Below are positions 11,416-24,109 of a DNA stretch of 64,000 nucleotides, piece by piece. The notes beneath the pieces are model-generated. The model saw nothing but the letters and a program-made list of their open reading frames with translations. It had not been told where the DNA came from and ran no database searches. How positions within the stretch are numbered: the first letter of the stretch is position 1; each line of letters begins with the position of its first letter. The translations under genes were made by a program, and so were the position numbers. Origin of the DNA: Eledone cirrhosa (lineage: Eukaryota); NCBI GenBank assembly GCA_964016885.1, contig OZ024747.1, forward strand, positions 87,916,001 through 87,980,000. Direction: 5' to 3'.

Positions 11416-12539
11416 ATTGACACCTCAATCTGTCTAGCTGCAAACTGGGACCATGAACTGCACAGTTTATTGCTTTAAGATTGGCTCTATCTAGCTCTCA
11501 TTTTATGTATTGGAAGCTTCCTCTCAGATTGCACCATTCCAATGTGTCTCAATGGAGCTCTCTCTGACCTACACTCTATAAACCCAGGCATGCTTTAAGG
11601 TTCAAGTTTTGTCTCCATACTCCTGTATATCAACAACCTACTTACCATTACTGCAACAAGGGCCACCCCTTGATATATAACACCATTCCTCAGTCCTTCA
11701 TAATCTTCTGCACTTAAGTATCAATCACATGCAACATGGACACCTCATACCTCTGAACAGAGATATCAAAACACTCTGCAATGAGGTCATGTCATTCTTG
11801 TTTCTTTCAACATAAAACTAAAGTCATCATATTCATTATATATTATTGGCCTCAAATGATTTCACACTCTCATTATAGCAAAAATGCAGTAGTTTTAGTT
11901 ATTGGAGCAAGTAATTCGGTGTAGTCATCAATTCTGCTCTATATAATAGTTAGACCTTACCTCAATAAAATGGAGAAGCTTCTCATGGAGCCTGCAAAGC
12001 TAAACCTTGCTTTAGTAGGAAGTAGCCTTAAAATGCTTGGTATTCATTTTTTTTTATGAATACAGTTTTAGATTTTATTCTTCATGCTCCATTTGAAGAT
12101 TTGTTGCAGAAGGTATATTTTTACTGCTGGATTTACAGACCAGTATTTAAACAGTAGTTTGCTGATATTTTCCCTGTAAAACCCCGTCAGCTATAAACAA
12201 ACCAATTGTACCAAGCTAACATAGCTTGTTAAACAAAGCATCTGATTATACAAAACAGTGGCTATCTCATCTTTGGTGTAAGCATGTACCTTAAAATGTT
12301 GTGATCTTCATTTTCGAGAGTTTATTGAGGTATGGTCTAACTATTATATAGGGCAGATTTGATGACAACACTGAATTACTTGCCTCAATAACTAAAACTA
12401 CTCCATTTTGGCTTATCCTTTACATCACCCCTTACAAACCCTCTGGTTTTCATTTCCTCTAACATCTTTAGCCATGTCTTTTTCCTTCCTCTACTTCCTT
12501 TCACATTCATTTCCATCTCCCCCAATGACTTCCATCCTT

Positions 12540-12875
12540 CCTTATCATATGACCCAACTAATTCATTCATCACTAGCTCTATTCCAATCATTCTTCCTTA
12601 TCATATGACCCAACTAATTCATTCATCACTAGCTCTATTCCAATCATTCTTCCTTATCATATGACCCAACTAATTCATTCATCACTAGCTCTATTCCAAT
12701 CATTCTTCCCTATCATATGACCCAACTAATTCATTCATCACTAGCTCTATTCCAATCATTCTTCCTTATCATATGACCCAACTAATTCATTCATCACTAG
12801 CTCTATTCCAATCATTCTTCCTTATCATATGACCCAACTAATTCATTCATCACTAGCTCTATTCCAATCATTCTC
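12540..12875. repeat. Tandem repeat, 56-bp unit x6, inside a minus-strand RTE 3' remnant
   Basis: CCTTATCATATGACCCAACTAATTCATTCATCACTAGCTCTATTCCAATCATTCTT repeated nearly perfectly. Confidence 0.95.
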
Positions 12876-12975
12876 TGTAATTCATTGTTTGTCTTCTTTT
12901 CTTTTTGTATTATGATACTTCACTTATCCATCAATCCATTCTCATTTCTATTCTTTCAGCCTTCTCTACTGTGGC

Positions 12976-13223
12976 CATGTCCATTACCCATGTCTCATGG
13001 CACCTTTCACACATGTAGCATACACCATTTCGTCAGTTTCAGCAACACACTGTACTGCACCATGTCCATTACCCATGTCTCATGGCACCTTTCACACATG
13101 TAGCATACACCATTTCGTCAGTTTCAGCAACACACTGTACTGCACCATGTCCATTACCCATGTCTCATGGCACCTTTCACACATGTAGCATACACCATTT
13201 CGTCAGTTTCAGCAACACACTGT
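12976..13223. repeat. Tandem repeat, 85-bp unit x~3
   Basis: Units start at 12976, 13061 and 13146. Confidence 0.95.
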
Positions 13224-13246
13224 TAACACTGTTGTTTATTTTCTAG

Positions 13247-13370
13247 ATTAAAACCACTAAAAGGATCCATGATTATTGCTTTGAATGAGGAGTATTTGTC
13301 TGGAGATGAAAACATCTGTTTATCAACTGGAGATGAAATTGCTATAATCCCTCCACTCAGTGGTGGATAA
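13247..13370 (+). CDS. MOCS2: MOCS2A exon 3 with C-terminal Gly-Gly
   Basis: LKPLKGSMIIALNEEYLSGDENICLSTGDEIAIIPPLSGG*; phase fits exon 2; donor GTAAGT at 13375. Confidence 0.96.
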
Positions 13371-14419
13371 TTCAGTAAGTATTTTATTGAATATATTAGA
13401 TATTTAGTTGACCTTTTAATCCTTTCACGACTGTACTTCTACAGAAATACATTCAATTTCAATTAGTTATTGAAGAATTTTGAGGGGTTTATTAAAATTA
13501 TTAATTATTTCATTACTAAGATAGTAACTTAACATATGGTTCTAAAATTAAAATTTAAAATGAGGTGTTTTTTTTTTTAAATAGATCCAGAGCCTGTCTT
13601 AAAACTGTCTCAAAACTGTCTCTTAAATCTGGAGAAGCCAACTGATGTTGGCTTTTCATGATACATGTGTAGTTGACAATGATTTTTTTCTGTTGGAAAA
13701 TATTTTGAAAGGTGATGATTGTTCAGTCTCAGGTTAACTCTGATCAAGCAGACATGTTAAGGACAACTTTAAGATGATAGGGTGAGATTTATCCCTTTAG
13801 CATTTCAACCAGTCATATTCAGCCAGAACACTCTCATCTCTTTCTGTTCAAACTGGCTGTAACCGGCTGCTCATTCTGATGTTAAGGTATTGTTCTCAAA
13901 ATAAATATCAAAATCTCGTAGCTTCGATAAAATATAATAGTAAATATAGAGTAATGTAAATGCTAAAGGGTTAAGAGATTTGCCTCCTATTTCTAGTAGG
14001 TCAGCCGACCACGAAGAGGTTTTTTTGGTTTGTGTATGTTTGTATTGAAAGAGGTTAAACTTAATATACTCTCATGCAAGAAAGCTGACCAAAAATAGGA
14101 TTTTTGTGTAAAGTGATTGACATATTGCTATCATGGAAAAGTGATGATTATTTAAATATGTTTATATCTAATAGAGTATATAACAACCACCTTAAGGCTA
14201 ATGCCATGGTAAAATGTGCCCAGTACACCCAGTGAAGTGTTATTACTGGTGCCATGATGAAATACACCCAGTACACTCTGCAAAGTGGTTGGCATTAGGA
14301 AGAGCATAAAGCTGCAAGAAACATGCCAAATTGGGAATGTATAAATAGAACAAGATGAGGTCTCTCCAACCCATCTTCTCTGAAACCATGCCAGCATGGA
14401 ATATGGATGTAAAATAATG

Positions 14420-14625
14420 GTTTCTGATTTAGGCACAAGGCCAACAATTTTTGGGGAAAGGAAAGTTGATTAAATTGACCATAGTGCATTACTGGTACTT
14501 TATTTTATCGTCCTTGTAAGAATGAAAGGTAAAGCTAACCGTTGCAGGATTTGAACTCAGAACATAAAGAGCCATAACCCCATGCCGCTAAGTATGTTGT
14601 CCAATGCTCCACCGATTCTGCCAAA
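14420..14625 (-). mobile_element. Meta-domain-type tRNA-derived SINE (many copies: ~8280, 15755+, 26355+, 26940+, 29500-, 38990-, 39307+, 39683+, 40525-41200+, 49395-, 50760-, 62015-)
   Basis: Shared core TTTGCCTTTCATCCTTACGGGGTCGATAAAATAAAGTACCAG and B-box GAGTTCAAATCC. Confidence 0.8.
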
Positions 14626-14686
14626 AATAATGATGATATTGTAATCTATTTTTGTAATTTTATTTATTTTTTAGTTTCTATCTGCA

Positions 14687-14786
14687 ATGGATGACATTGT
14701 GGAATTGTCTGATGAGAAACTGAATGTTGATGACATTTCAAAATCTGTTACTTTACCAAGTTGTGGTGCTGTGTCACTATTTATTG
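14687..14786 (+). CDS. MOCS2: MOCS2B (molybdopterin synthase catalytic subunit, MoaE-like) first coding exon; exon starts at 14675
   Basis: MDDIVELSDEKLNVDDISKSVTLPSCGAVSLFI(G)|GTAAGT. Confidence 0.93.
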
Positions 14787-17700
14787 GTAAGTGGTTAATG
14801 TCTAACATTTAATTATGTGTCTAGCAATTCACTTAGTATCAAGAATTTATTGACCTGCTAATTACATGTAGATGGTAAATTGACAGAGTCATTAGAGTGT
14901 CAGATTAAATGCTTGCTTCAGTATTTGTTCCAGCTCTTTGATGAGGCTAAAGTTTTATTTCATCCATTTGAGAAGATATTTTGTGTTAGAAATAAACAAA
15001 ATCAAAGTGAAACTTAGAACACAATTCATGCATGACATTAGCTAAGCCCCACACTGTTTTAGTTACCCACTTGAGACAAGATAGATTCACCTTTTAATTT
15101 GGTTATCAAATGACATCTGGTTGTCAAATCCTCACACAATGTTTTATTTTGTCTTGAATTACACTTGTAAAGAAAAAGATCTTTGTTAGATATTTGACCT
15201 ATTTGTAATATTAAGGTATCTATGTATATTTGTTGTTATCAACCCTGATTAATATATATGATGAAAATAAAAAAAACATTCCAGCTCCTGTCAGAAGCAA
15301 CCATCTCCAACTGATCTGGCTGGATCCGCAAGCAAGACCAGCCAAGCTCATGGATGTTATCCAACCATCTTGCTCTGGATCTTCTGCTGATTGCTTTTTA
15401 TTCCAAAGACCTTTTGGAGGAACCCCATTTTGGCTGCTTGTATTTGAAATCGTATTCTTTTGGTCATTACCCAAGATTCATGACCATAGGTAAGGGTTGG
15501 CATGAAAACCGAATTGAAGATAGCAAGTTTGGCTTTTATGCCTACTTCCCTTCTGATTACTGAACCAGCTCCTGCAATTCTTGCACTTAATCCAGCCTCC
15601 AGCCTTCCATCACTTGTGAACACGGCCCTGAGATACTTCTCTACATGCTTCAGTGCACTGCGTAGGATTCCTTGAAAATTAGAGAAGTTAATAGGAGGGT
15701 TTTGACATGTACAATCAATCAACATTATAAGTTTTAACTTATAATGTTGATTGATACAGTAGAGGGTTGGACGCCATGCTTTGATGCATAGAGTTACGAC
15801 CCTTGCCATTCTGAGTTCAAATCCTGCCAAGGTAAACTTTGCCTTTCATCCTTACGGGGTCGATAAAATAAAGTACCAGTAATGTACTGGGTAATTGCTG
15901 GCCTTGTGCCAAATGTAGAAACAATTATAAGTTTAAACTATTTACTTTCTATGCTAGCATGAATTAGATGTGATTTATACCATTTCGTGTTAGATCTAAG
16001 ATCTAATATAATTACTTGTCAGCAAGTCACCAAAGTTCTCTCATACTACAGTCTATATCCAGCTTGCATCAATTACTATCAACATTTGATACTCATCTAT
16101 ACTATTATATTCTCTTACTCTCTTCATCCCCCTTTCACACCCACACATATACATATACCAACTAGAACTAAATACCTTTCCATATTTGTATTTGTTTCAG
16201 CTCTTTGCACTTTAAATTCAAATCTTGCCAAGATCAACATTGCCTTTCAGTATTGATAAATAAAGGACTACTCCAGGGCAGTGAATTGGCAGAATTGTTT
16301 GAGCATTGTATAAGGATATTTTGTAATGTTTTTATTTGTGTGTGTGTGTGTGTGTTTTTTCTGAGGTTTTGGGTGGGAAGACTTAGTCCATATTTTGGTT
16401 TAACATCACCACCTGATCTTTGGGGGCCTTTTACAGAATTCACTCTGTTGCAAGCATTCAGGCTGTGCTTTTGGTTTGAGGATAACTTTTTCTCGTCTAG
16501 CCATAGATGTTCTAAAAAAATGAAATGACTGAGTGGTTGAATCCTTACCCCCACCTCTGTTATCTAGTCACAGTCCTCACTAATAGTTTAGTGTTTGAAC
16601 TTCAACTTCTGGCCCTTTCAGATTTTAGTGGACGTGTAGATGTCATGACAAAAGTGCTCAGTCCACACTGTAAAGTGGCTGTGTAGGTGTCCTGACAAAA
16701 AATGCCCAGTCCACACTGTAAATGTGGTTGGCGTGAGGAAAGGCATCCAGCCACAGAAACCAAGCGAAAATCAGTTCTGTGTGAGTGAAACATAGTCCAC
16801 CGACTTGATCTCTCACATGCCAGCATGGAAAATGGACATTAAACTATGATGATGGTGATGAAATGCAGAAGAGGTCATTCCCACTGATCAGTTAAGTTCT
16901 TTGTTTCCATTGATGTAAAGTCATGAAAGTGCACAGCTTAGTGGTTAGGGTATTTGGCTTAAAATCATGAGGTCATGGGTTCCATTCTCAGACAGTCCAC
17001 TCAGCTGAAAAGAAATGAGTACCAGCAGCAGGTTAACTCTGCAAAGCACTGGTGTTCCATCCAAAGGAAAGTCTTGTATTCTTAGTCCCTTAACACCAAA
17101 GAAACTGGAAACTGGGGTAAGCTCTGGTCTGATTAGATTCCAGGCTTGGGACAAACTTTAACTTAACTATCTTTAAGTTGCTTTGCCCATTGAATAACTT
17201 ATTGCAGATTTACAAGTGGCAGCATAAGCAGGATTCACTGAGTGAGTATTAAGATGTTTCCTATTACTCTGTAATATATAAGCTTAACAAAGATGCTGGG
17301 ACAATATGAGTTAGGACCATCATAAATTTGATATGAAAATGTTGGACGATAGTAACAAAAATATTCAGAATTGTGGTAGAAAAAAATCTCTTTACCAGGA
17401 AACAATTCTGTTTTTAGAAGGCTATAGCAATGCAAATAGAACATTTAGCATTTACATTACTGTATATTTTCTATTGTATTTTCGTGGTAAAGGCTTTATC
17501 TCACATAATATTGAATCTATGAGATTTTGTTATTATTTATTTTGAGAAAAATACCTTAACATCAGTATGAGTGGCCAGGTTGGTTTGAACAGAAAAAGGT
17601 GAGCGAATTCTGGTCGGATATGGCTGGTTTAAATGATAAAGTGTTAAATATTAAAAACAGCAAAAGTGTTGAAATGTTTGCTATCTTGCAAATATGTAAG

Positions 17701-19312
17701 TGATCCTTTATATTTCAAAAGAATTAAAGGGATTAAGACTGTCTTCTACACATTTCACAATGCTTCAATCAAACTACAATACTCTTCAATCTTTTCATTT
17801 TCGGTTGTTTTCATGGAAATATCTCAGAAGAGACAGTGGCTGAAACACTACGCTACAGGACATCCCTGTGTGACCAAAACTATGATTACAGATGTTCAAG
17901 CCATACTATTCTTGCATTGTTTTTTTTGATATTGTGTACCCTGAACTACAATATTTAAATCAAGATGTTCCTTTTTAAGATTGTGAGGGTGTAATTTGAA
18001 GGAAATATTTGGCTGCTACTTTTAACAGATCAAGCAACCACATTTTATTTTACTGGTAGTGTTGATCTTGGTAGTGATTATGTTGAGGATCGTGATGATG
18101 GTTGTTATAGTGGTGATGATGGTTGTTATAGTGGTGTTGATGGAAGTTGTTCTGTTGAAGATAGTAGTGTTGCTGGTGCTGGTGGTAATGATAATAGTGG
18201 TTGAGTTGAAGATAATGGTGATTGTAATGATGGTTCTGTTGAGCATGATGGTCATAGTAGCGGTTGTGATAGCAGTTGTATCATCATCATCATCATCATC
18301 ACCCCTTGATTCACATAAAATATTGGTGCCACCTGGAATTTTTCTATTAGACAAAGAATGCAGTAAAGCAGAAGAACTGCATTGTCATTATGTAGACAAG
18401 TAATTCATAATTTCCTACTTGAAGTAGATACAACAAATGTCTGATAAAACATGTCTGCTAGTATTAGAATTTATTAGAGGAAAAACCATTACAGCTTGCT
18501 AAATATGGACAAACATTAAAACAAAACAACAATAACAAAACCACCACATGGTTTTGGGTTCAGTTTCACTGAGCAAGTCTCTTCTATAGCCTAAGGTTGA
18601 CCAATGCCTTGTAAGTGATATTTGGTAGACAGAAACTGTGGAAACTTGTCATCAAGTGTGGAAAATAGACATAAAATGGTGATGATGATATATAAGCATA
18701 TATAACAAATTTAATAGAGAAATGGCTTCTACAGGACTAGAACTGTTTCATTTGGAAAGCCCTGATATTTTATTTCAAATTGCTGAGGCCCCTGGAGGGG
18801 AGGATGAAGAAACATGGAGGAATACCATGCAGGGAAGGACCAGTCCAACCCATACAAGCCTGGAAAAGTGGACATAAAAATGATGATAATGATATGCAAG
18901 GGAAAAGATAGTGATGTGTGTGTGAGTGTATATGTGCTTGGGCATATATGTGATTATAGACCTGTATATGTTTGTGTGTATGTGAATATATAAAGGAAAG
19001 ATAGATTGATATGTGTATATGTGCCTCGATATATATATATATGGGAATATATAGACCTGTTTATGCAGATGTAAACAGATTGATTGATGTATATGTTCTT
19101 GTAAAATGACTGAATCATGCCTACATGCTTATGTGTGTATGTGTAGGAGAATCTTTATAGATATTCTTACGTCATCAGATTATATGCTGATTTAAGTTGG
19201 CATTAAATTAATCTTCTTAAAATTCTAACACATGCACACAGTCTTTCTTTTCTCTCTCTCTCTCTGTATGTATATGTGTGTGTGTGTGTATGTATAAGTG
19301 TGTGTATATATA

Positions 19313-19367
<55 letters not shown>

Positions 19368-20246
19368 GTGGAACACTGGAAGGTAATATCTGTAGTGGTA
19401 GAGCACTCAGTCCAAAGGACGAGTTAGGTAGAAGTGATTACACAACAGTTTAATGAACTGTTGTGTAACCACTTCTGTATATATATATATATATACTCAC
19501 ACACACATAAACACAGTCATCATTTTTATGTCCATTTATTTTCAATGCTAGCATGGGTTGGATGACTCATTATAGCCCGAGTGCTTATTCAGAGCTATTC
19601 TCCTCCTAGATGGGTTTGTGGCCATGTCTCACTTACAAAGGTCTAGGTTGGACCTAGTTTCTATAGCTGGATACCTTTCCTAATGCCAACCACTTTAAAG
19701 AGTGTACTGCGTGCATTTTATTGTGACACTAACACTAGGGAAATTGTTATGTTCTTAACACAACTGAAGAGTCCTCTCAAACCTTTGTGACATAGTTTCT
19801 TCAGCTGGATGCCCTTCCCAAATGCAATCCCTTTACAGAGTGTACTGGGTGTATTTTAGTAGGGCACCAACACTAATATGGTTGTTGGATTGTTGACTTA
19901 ACTGATGTGCCTCTTTGTAGAGGAATCCGCATTTGAATAATCAGGAGTATATTTTCATACTCCTGTGAAACTTTAAGTAATGCAATTCTGGGTCAAACTG
20001 TTTATACAAACAAATATACATAGCTGATAATGCCACAGCTGCCAAATATATAACAAATGTACACTTATTTTAATATCTGCTTAATTAGTTATAATAACCT
20101 TCTGTTTGACACAGACATATACATGCAAGCATGTACACACACACACACACAAACACACTAAATCTCCCTAAATTGAGTATGTGACCAGTGAGTATGTTCA
20201 TGAGTTAACATATTGCCAATAAAAAGCTAACTGCATTACATTTCAG

Positions 20247-20397
20247 GTACTACTCGGGATCATTTTGATGGGAAAGAAGTGCTAAGCTTACAATATGAAG
20301 CATACAATTCAATGGCTAAAAGAAAGATGTTAGAAATTTGTCAAGATATACGCCACAAGTGGAATGTTGGAAAAATTGCTCTAGTACATAGATTAGG
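20247..20397 (+). CDS. MOCS2: MOCS2B exon
   Basis: (G)[49 protein letters not shown](G); canonical AG/GT with consistent phases. Confidence 0.96.
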
Positions 20398-21720
20398 GTA
20401 AGCAGAATATTTTTCCTATTATTCAAAAGCAATCTGTAGAAACCATGCCAGATAGAGGGTTGAGAGGACACTTCAATTGTGTCAAGGACATGACAACTTC
20501 CCTAGTACTGGTGTCACAATAAAATGCACCAATTACACCCTGGAAAGTGGTTAGCATTTAGAAAGGCCTCCAAATGTAGAAACTAAGCTAAACCTGGCTA
20601 GTCTAGGGGGACAGTAGTTAAAATTAAGTACTGACTTGATCTGTTACAAGCCATCCAACCCATTTTAGCATGAAAAAACAAATGTAAAATGACGATGAAG
20701 CTCATTTGGAGTATGTAAATGTAAATTGTGACAAAATTTCCATTTTTTATGACAAGGCAAGTTACCTGGTATGTTGACTGATTTGTACAGAAAGAAGGCA
20801 CCAACTACACTTGTTTAACCCTTTAGCATTTACATTACTCTATATATACTTTTATATTTTCATGGTAAAGGCTTTATCTTACATAATGTTGAATCTATGA
20901 GATTTTGATATTATTAGTGGTTAGAGCATCGGGCTTACAATCATGAAGTTGTGAGTTCGATTCTCGGCCCGGATGCTGAGTTCTGTTCTTGAGCAAGACA
21001 CTTTAATTGACATTTCTCCAGTTCACTCAGCTGTAGAAATGAGTTGTGACTTCACTGGTGCCAAGCTGTACCGGCCTTTGCCTTTCCCTTGGACAACATC
21101 GATTACATGGAGAGAGGAGACTGGTATGTATGGGCAACTGCTGGTCTTACACAAAAACGACCTTGTCCAGACTTGTACCTCAGAGGGGAACTTTCTAGGT
21201 GCAATCCCATGATCATTTGTGACTGAAGCGGATCTTTACTTTTAGTTTAGGCCCTGTACTATGAAGGCCATGATACATACAGCTGTTATGTACTTATTGT
21301 TATGAGCTCAAAGAAGAATCTAGATTATTGATCTCAAAATGTGTGAGTTAAACCTTTTGATAGATACAAAGAAAATAAATGTTCAAAAACACCAAAGTTT
21401 GTGTTTTTGAACATTTAAAAATAGTTTTTAAAAATAATTAATCTTTACTTAAATTTAACTTAACTGCAACTAAATATTTTACAACCCACCCAAAACTAGC
21501 TCTGGCTATATGAAACAATACCACTCATTTTGAAGGGTTCCTATTTAAATTAAAATCTTCCAACATAATTTTCTATAAGTTAACCTTTATAATGAAATAA
21601 TTAATAATTTTAGTAAACCCCTCAAAAATCTTCATTAATTACATGAAACAGAGTGCATTTCATTTAAAATATAGTTATTAAATGGTTAACTAATATATTA
21701 TTCCTCGTTCCCACTTGCAG

Positions 21721-21844
21721 TGAAGTCCCTGTTGCAGAAGCAAGTGTTGTTATAGCGATTTCATCAGAACACCGCAAGGAATCCCTTGAAGCAGTTCAAT
21801 ATGCCATTAACACACTGAAAGCTGTTGTGCCTATATGGAAAAAG
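21721..21844 (+). CDS. MOCS2: MOCS2B exon
   Basis: [41 protein letters not shown]; contains MoaE motifs S.HR and PIWKK. Confidence 0.96.
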
Positions 21845-22533
21845 GTAATATCTCCTCTGCCTCTCTCTATACATATTGGAAAACCTTCAAAATACATAGT
21901 TACTTATATAGTAATCGATGTTTCATAAGTGTTTTTCACATGAATATGATACACCTGTACCTCATACATTATCTATAGCCATTGTTTTGTAGTGAACCTA
22001 AAGATTCCATTTTCTCAATGGGCGTTTTTATCATGTCACTAAAACTTCAGTGATTGTCTTGCAGGTCTACAGGCTTTCTTCGTCTTGTATTAATTTTAAT
22101 TCTTAATATTTTGGAGTAATGTTACTCGATAGTGTGTAGCTCAGAGATCAGACAGTCACTCCAGGTAGAGCTGCTACTTCTCTGAATTGAAAGATCACAG
22201 CTCCGATACTATGGGCATGTGGTTAAAATGTCTCAGGAAAGAATCACTGGATGGATTTTATGGACAAAACCAACCGGCAGGAGATCCATGGGTAGACTCC
22301 GAGCAAGATGATTGGATAACATCCATGAACTTGGCTGGTTTCGCTTGGGGATCCAGCCGGATCAGTTTGAGACAGTTGCTTCTGACAGGACCCATTGGAA
22401 GGCGTGCTTAAGGACTCTGCCCCAATGACTTTGAATGTAAAAATGATTGTTGCAAATAATTGGGTATACTTTTGGTTTGTTTGCTATAAATTTCACATAT
22501 TCATGTCATTCTTCAAATCTTTTTTTTGTCCAG

Positions 22534-22605
22534 GAACTTTATCGGGACAGTTCTCCTGAGTGGAAACAAAATACAGAATGTTTTTGGAAGCAGAAAGAAA
22601 GTTGA
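22534..22605 (+). CDS. MOCS2: MOCS2B last coding exon
   Basis: ELYRDSSPEWKQNTECFWKQKES*; total 148 aa; AATAAA at 22982. Confidence 0.93.
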   Translation, partial: ELYRDSSPEWKQNTECFWKQKES

Positions 22606-23379
22606 AATTTCATGGTACTTTAGCAGTGCAGACTTTTCTAAACAATATTTAACCCTTTCATCCTCATATTTTTAATGAAAGACATTAATGATGATTTTCA
22701 AATTATTTTGTAAATAATATAAAATTTTGAAAGATTTAATAATATAATACAACTAACTCATTATTAATCTGTTGTTTGAAATCAATATATTTACATGGAA
22801 GTTATCTGTTTGTGGGTCTGTTTTGTACTCAGAAATTAGAACACAAATACCAATGAAACTATATGTATTTTATTTGCCAGATCACCTGACAAGTTTTGAT
22901 GTATAAAGTTTCTAAAAGATACATATAGAAATTTGATTGTTTGTCTTCATATTCATGAAAGAGTGAACAGTTTTGTCTTGCAATAAAGCAAAAGAAAGAA
23001 AAAGAAGAAAATGCACAGATATGTATATGGGGGTAGATTCCTGGATCTAAGCATACTGGTGATAGTCTGTGTTGGCAACAATTACTCAAAAAGGAGTGTT
23101 TTTTTATATTATATAAGCAGGGAAAAGGAGAGGAGAAAGTAAAGAAATTGAGCAACACACATTTTCATTTATGGGAACACTACTAAATATAACATTTGTG
23201 AAACCTGTAATATTTTTGGCATACTCATTTCCATTAGCTTCTTGTTTCTGAAAGATAAGTGAAAGTTAATGCAGTAAGTCGTCATTCAACGAAAATTTGA
23301 CTTGACTTAGATCCATCATTAACAGAAAAATTAAAATTTTTAGATGAATAATATTGACTTTGAAAGCTGCAATAAAAAA

Positions 23380-23690
23380 AATGCCATCAAAGAATAGACC
23401 TTCATTTGGAAGAATGTCTCATAAAGCTTATGGTAAAGCAGCTACAATGGGAGAATGAAAGTGAAGAAAAGCAACAAGAAAGACTTCAAAAACAAAGAAA
23501 AACAACAGCAAAATGTAAGCAAAATAAATCAGAAGATCAAAAAGCCTTGCTGATGATAAGAAAGGAAGGCAACTATTCATCAAGACAGCAAATGGAAAAA
23601 AATAGTGCAGCTCAAAAGTGACATGAAGAAACTGAAGCTCAAACAACTCAAAGGCTATGTGAACAGAGAGCAAGAACATGCTTCTGTGTC
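23380..23690 (+). mobile_element. Degenerate Helitron-like N-terminal fragment
   Basis: MPSKNRPSFGR... followed by frameshifted NESEEKQQERLQKQR-type charged repeats resembling the RepHel N-terminus. Confidence 0.4.
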
Positions 23691-24109
23691 ATGATCAGAT
23701 GATGTAAATTGGCCATTGAAATATGTATACTGTATTTTGCAACATTAAAAGTTTAAAGGGATATTTCCTGTCTGGCCTTCTGTTGTTTTAAATATATATA
23801 TATATATATACACACACATTAAAACATCAACAGAAGGCCTGATTGGAAAATTTACTTCAGAATTTTAATTCTGTGAAATCACTATACATATTTCGATGGC
23901 CCAGCTCCATCATCTGATTATGATGCAAGACAAGGCGATCTCATCAGGTATCACCTGCAGAATTATGTAACAGGATTACTTCAAACCCAAATATATAATG
24001 GAAGATAGGAAGAGAGAAAATAGAAAATTTGATTCGGGGACAGCCTACAAATATGGTGTTATATCAATAGCAGATGGTCCCCGAATGACACCCAATATCA
24101 GCTTTGTGG

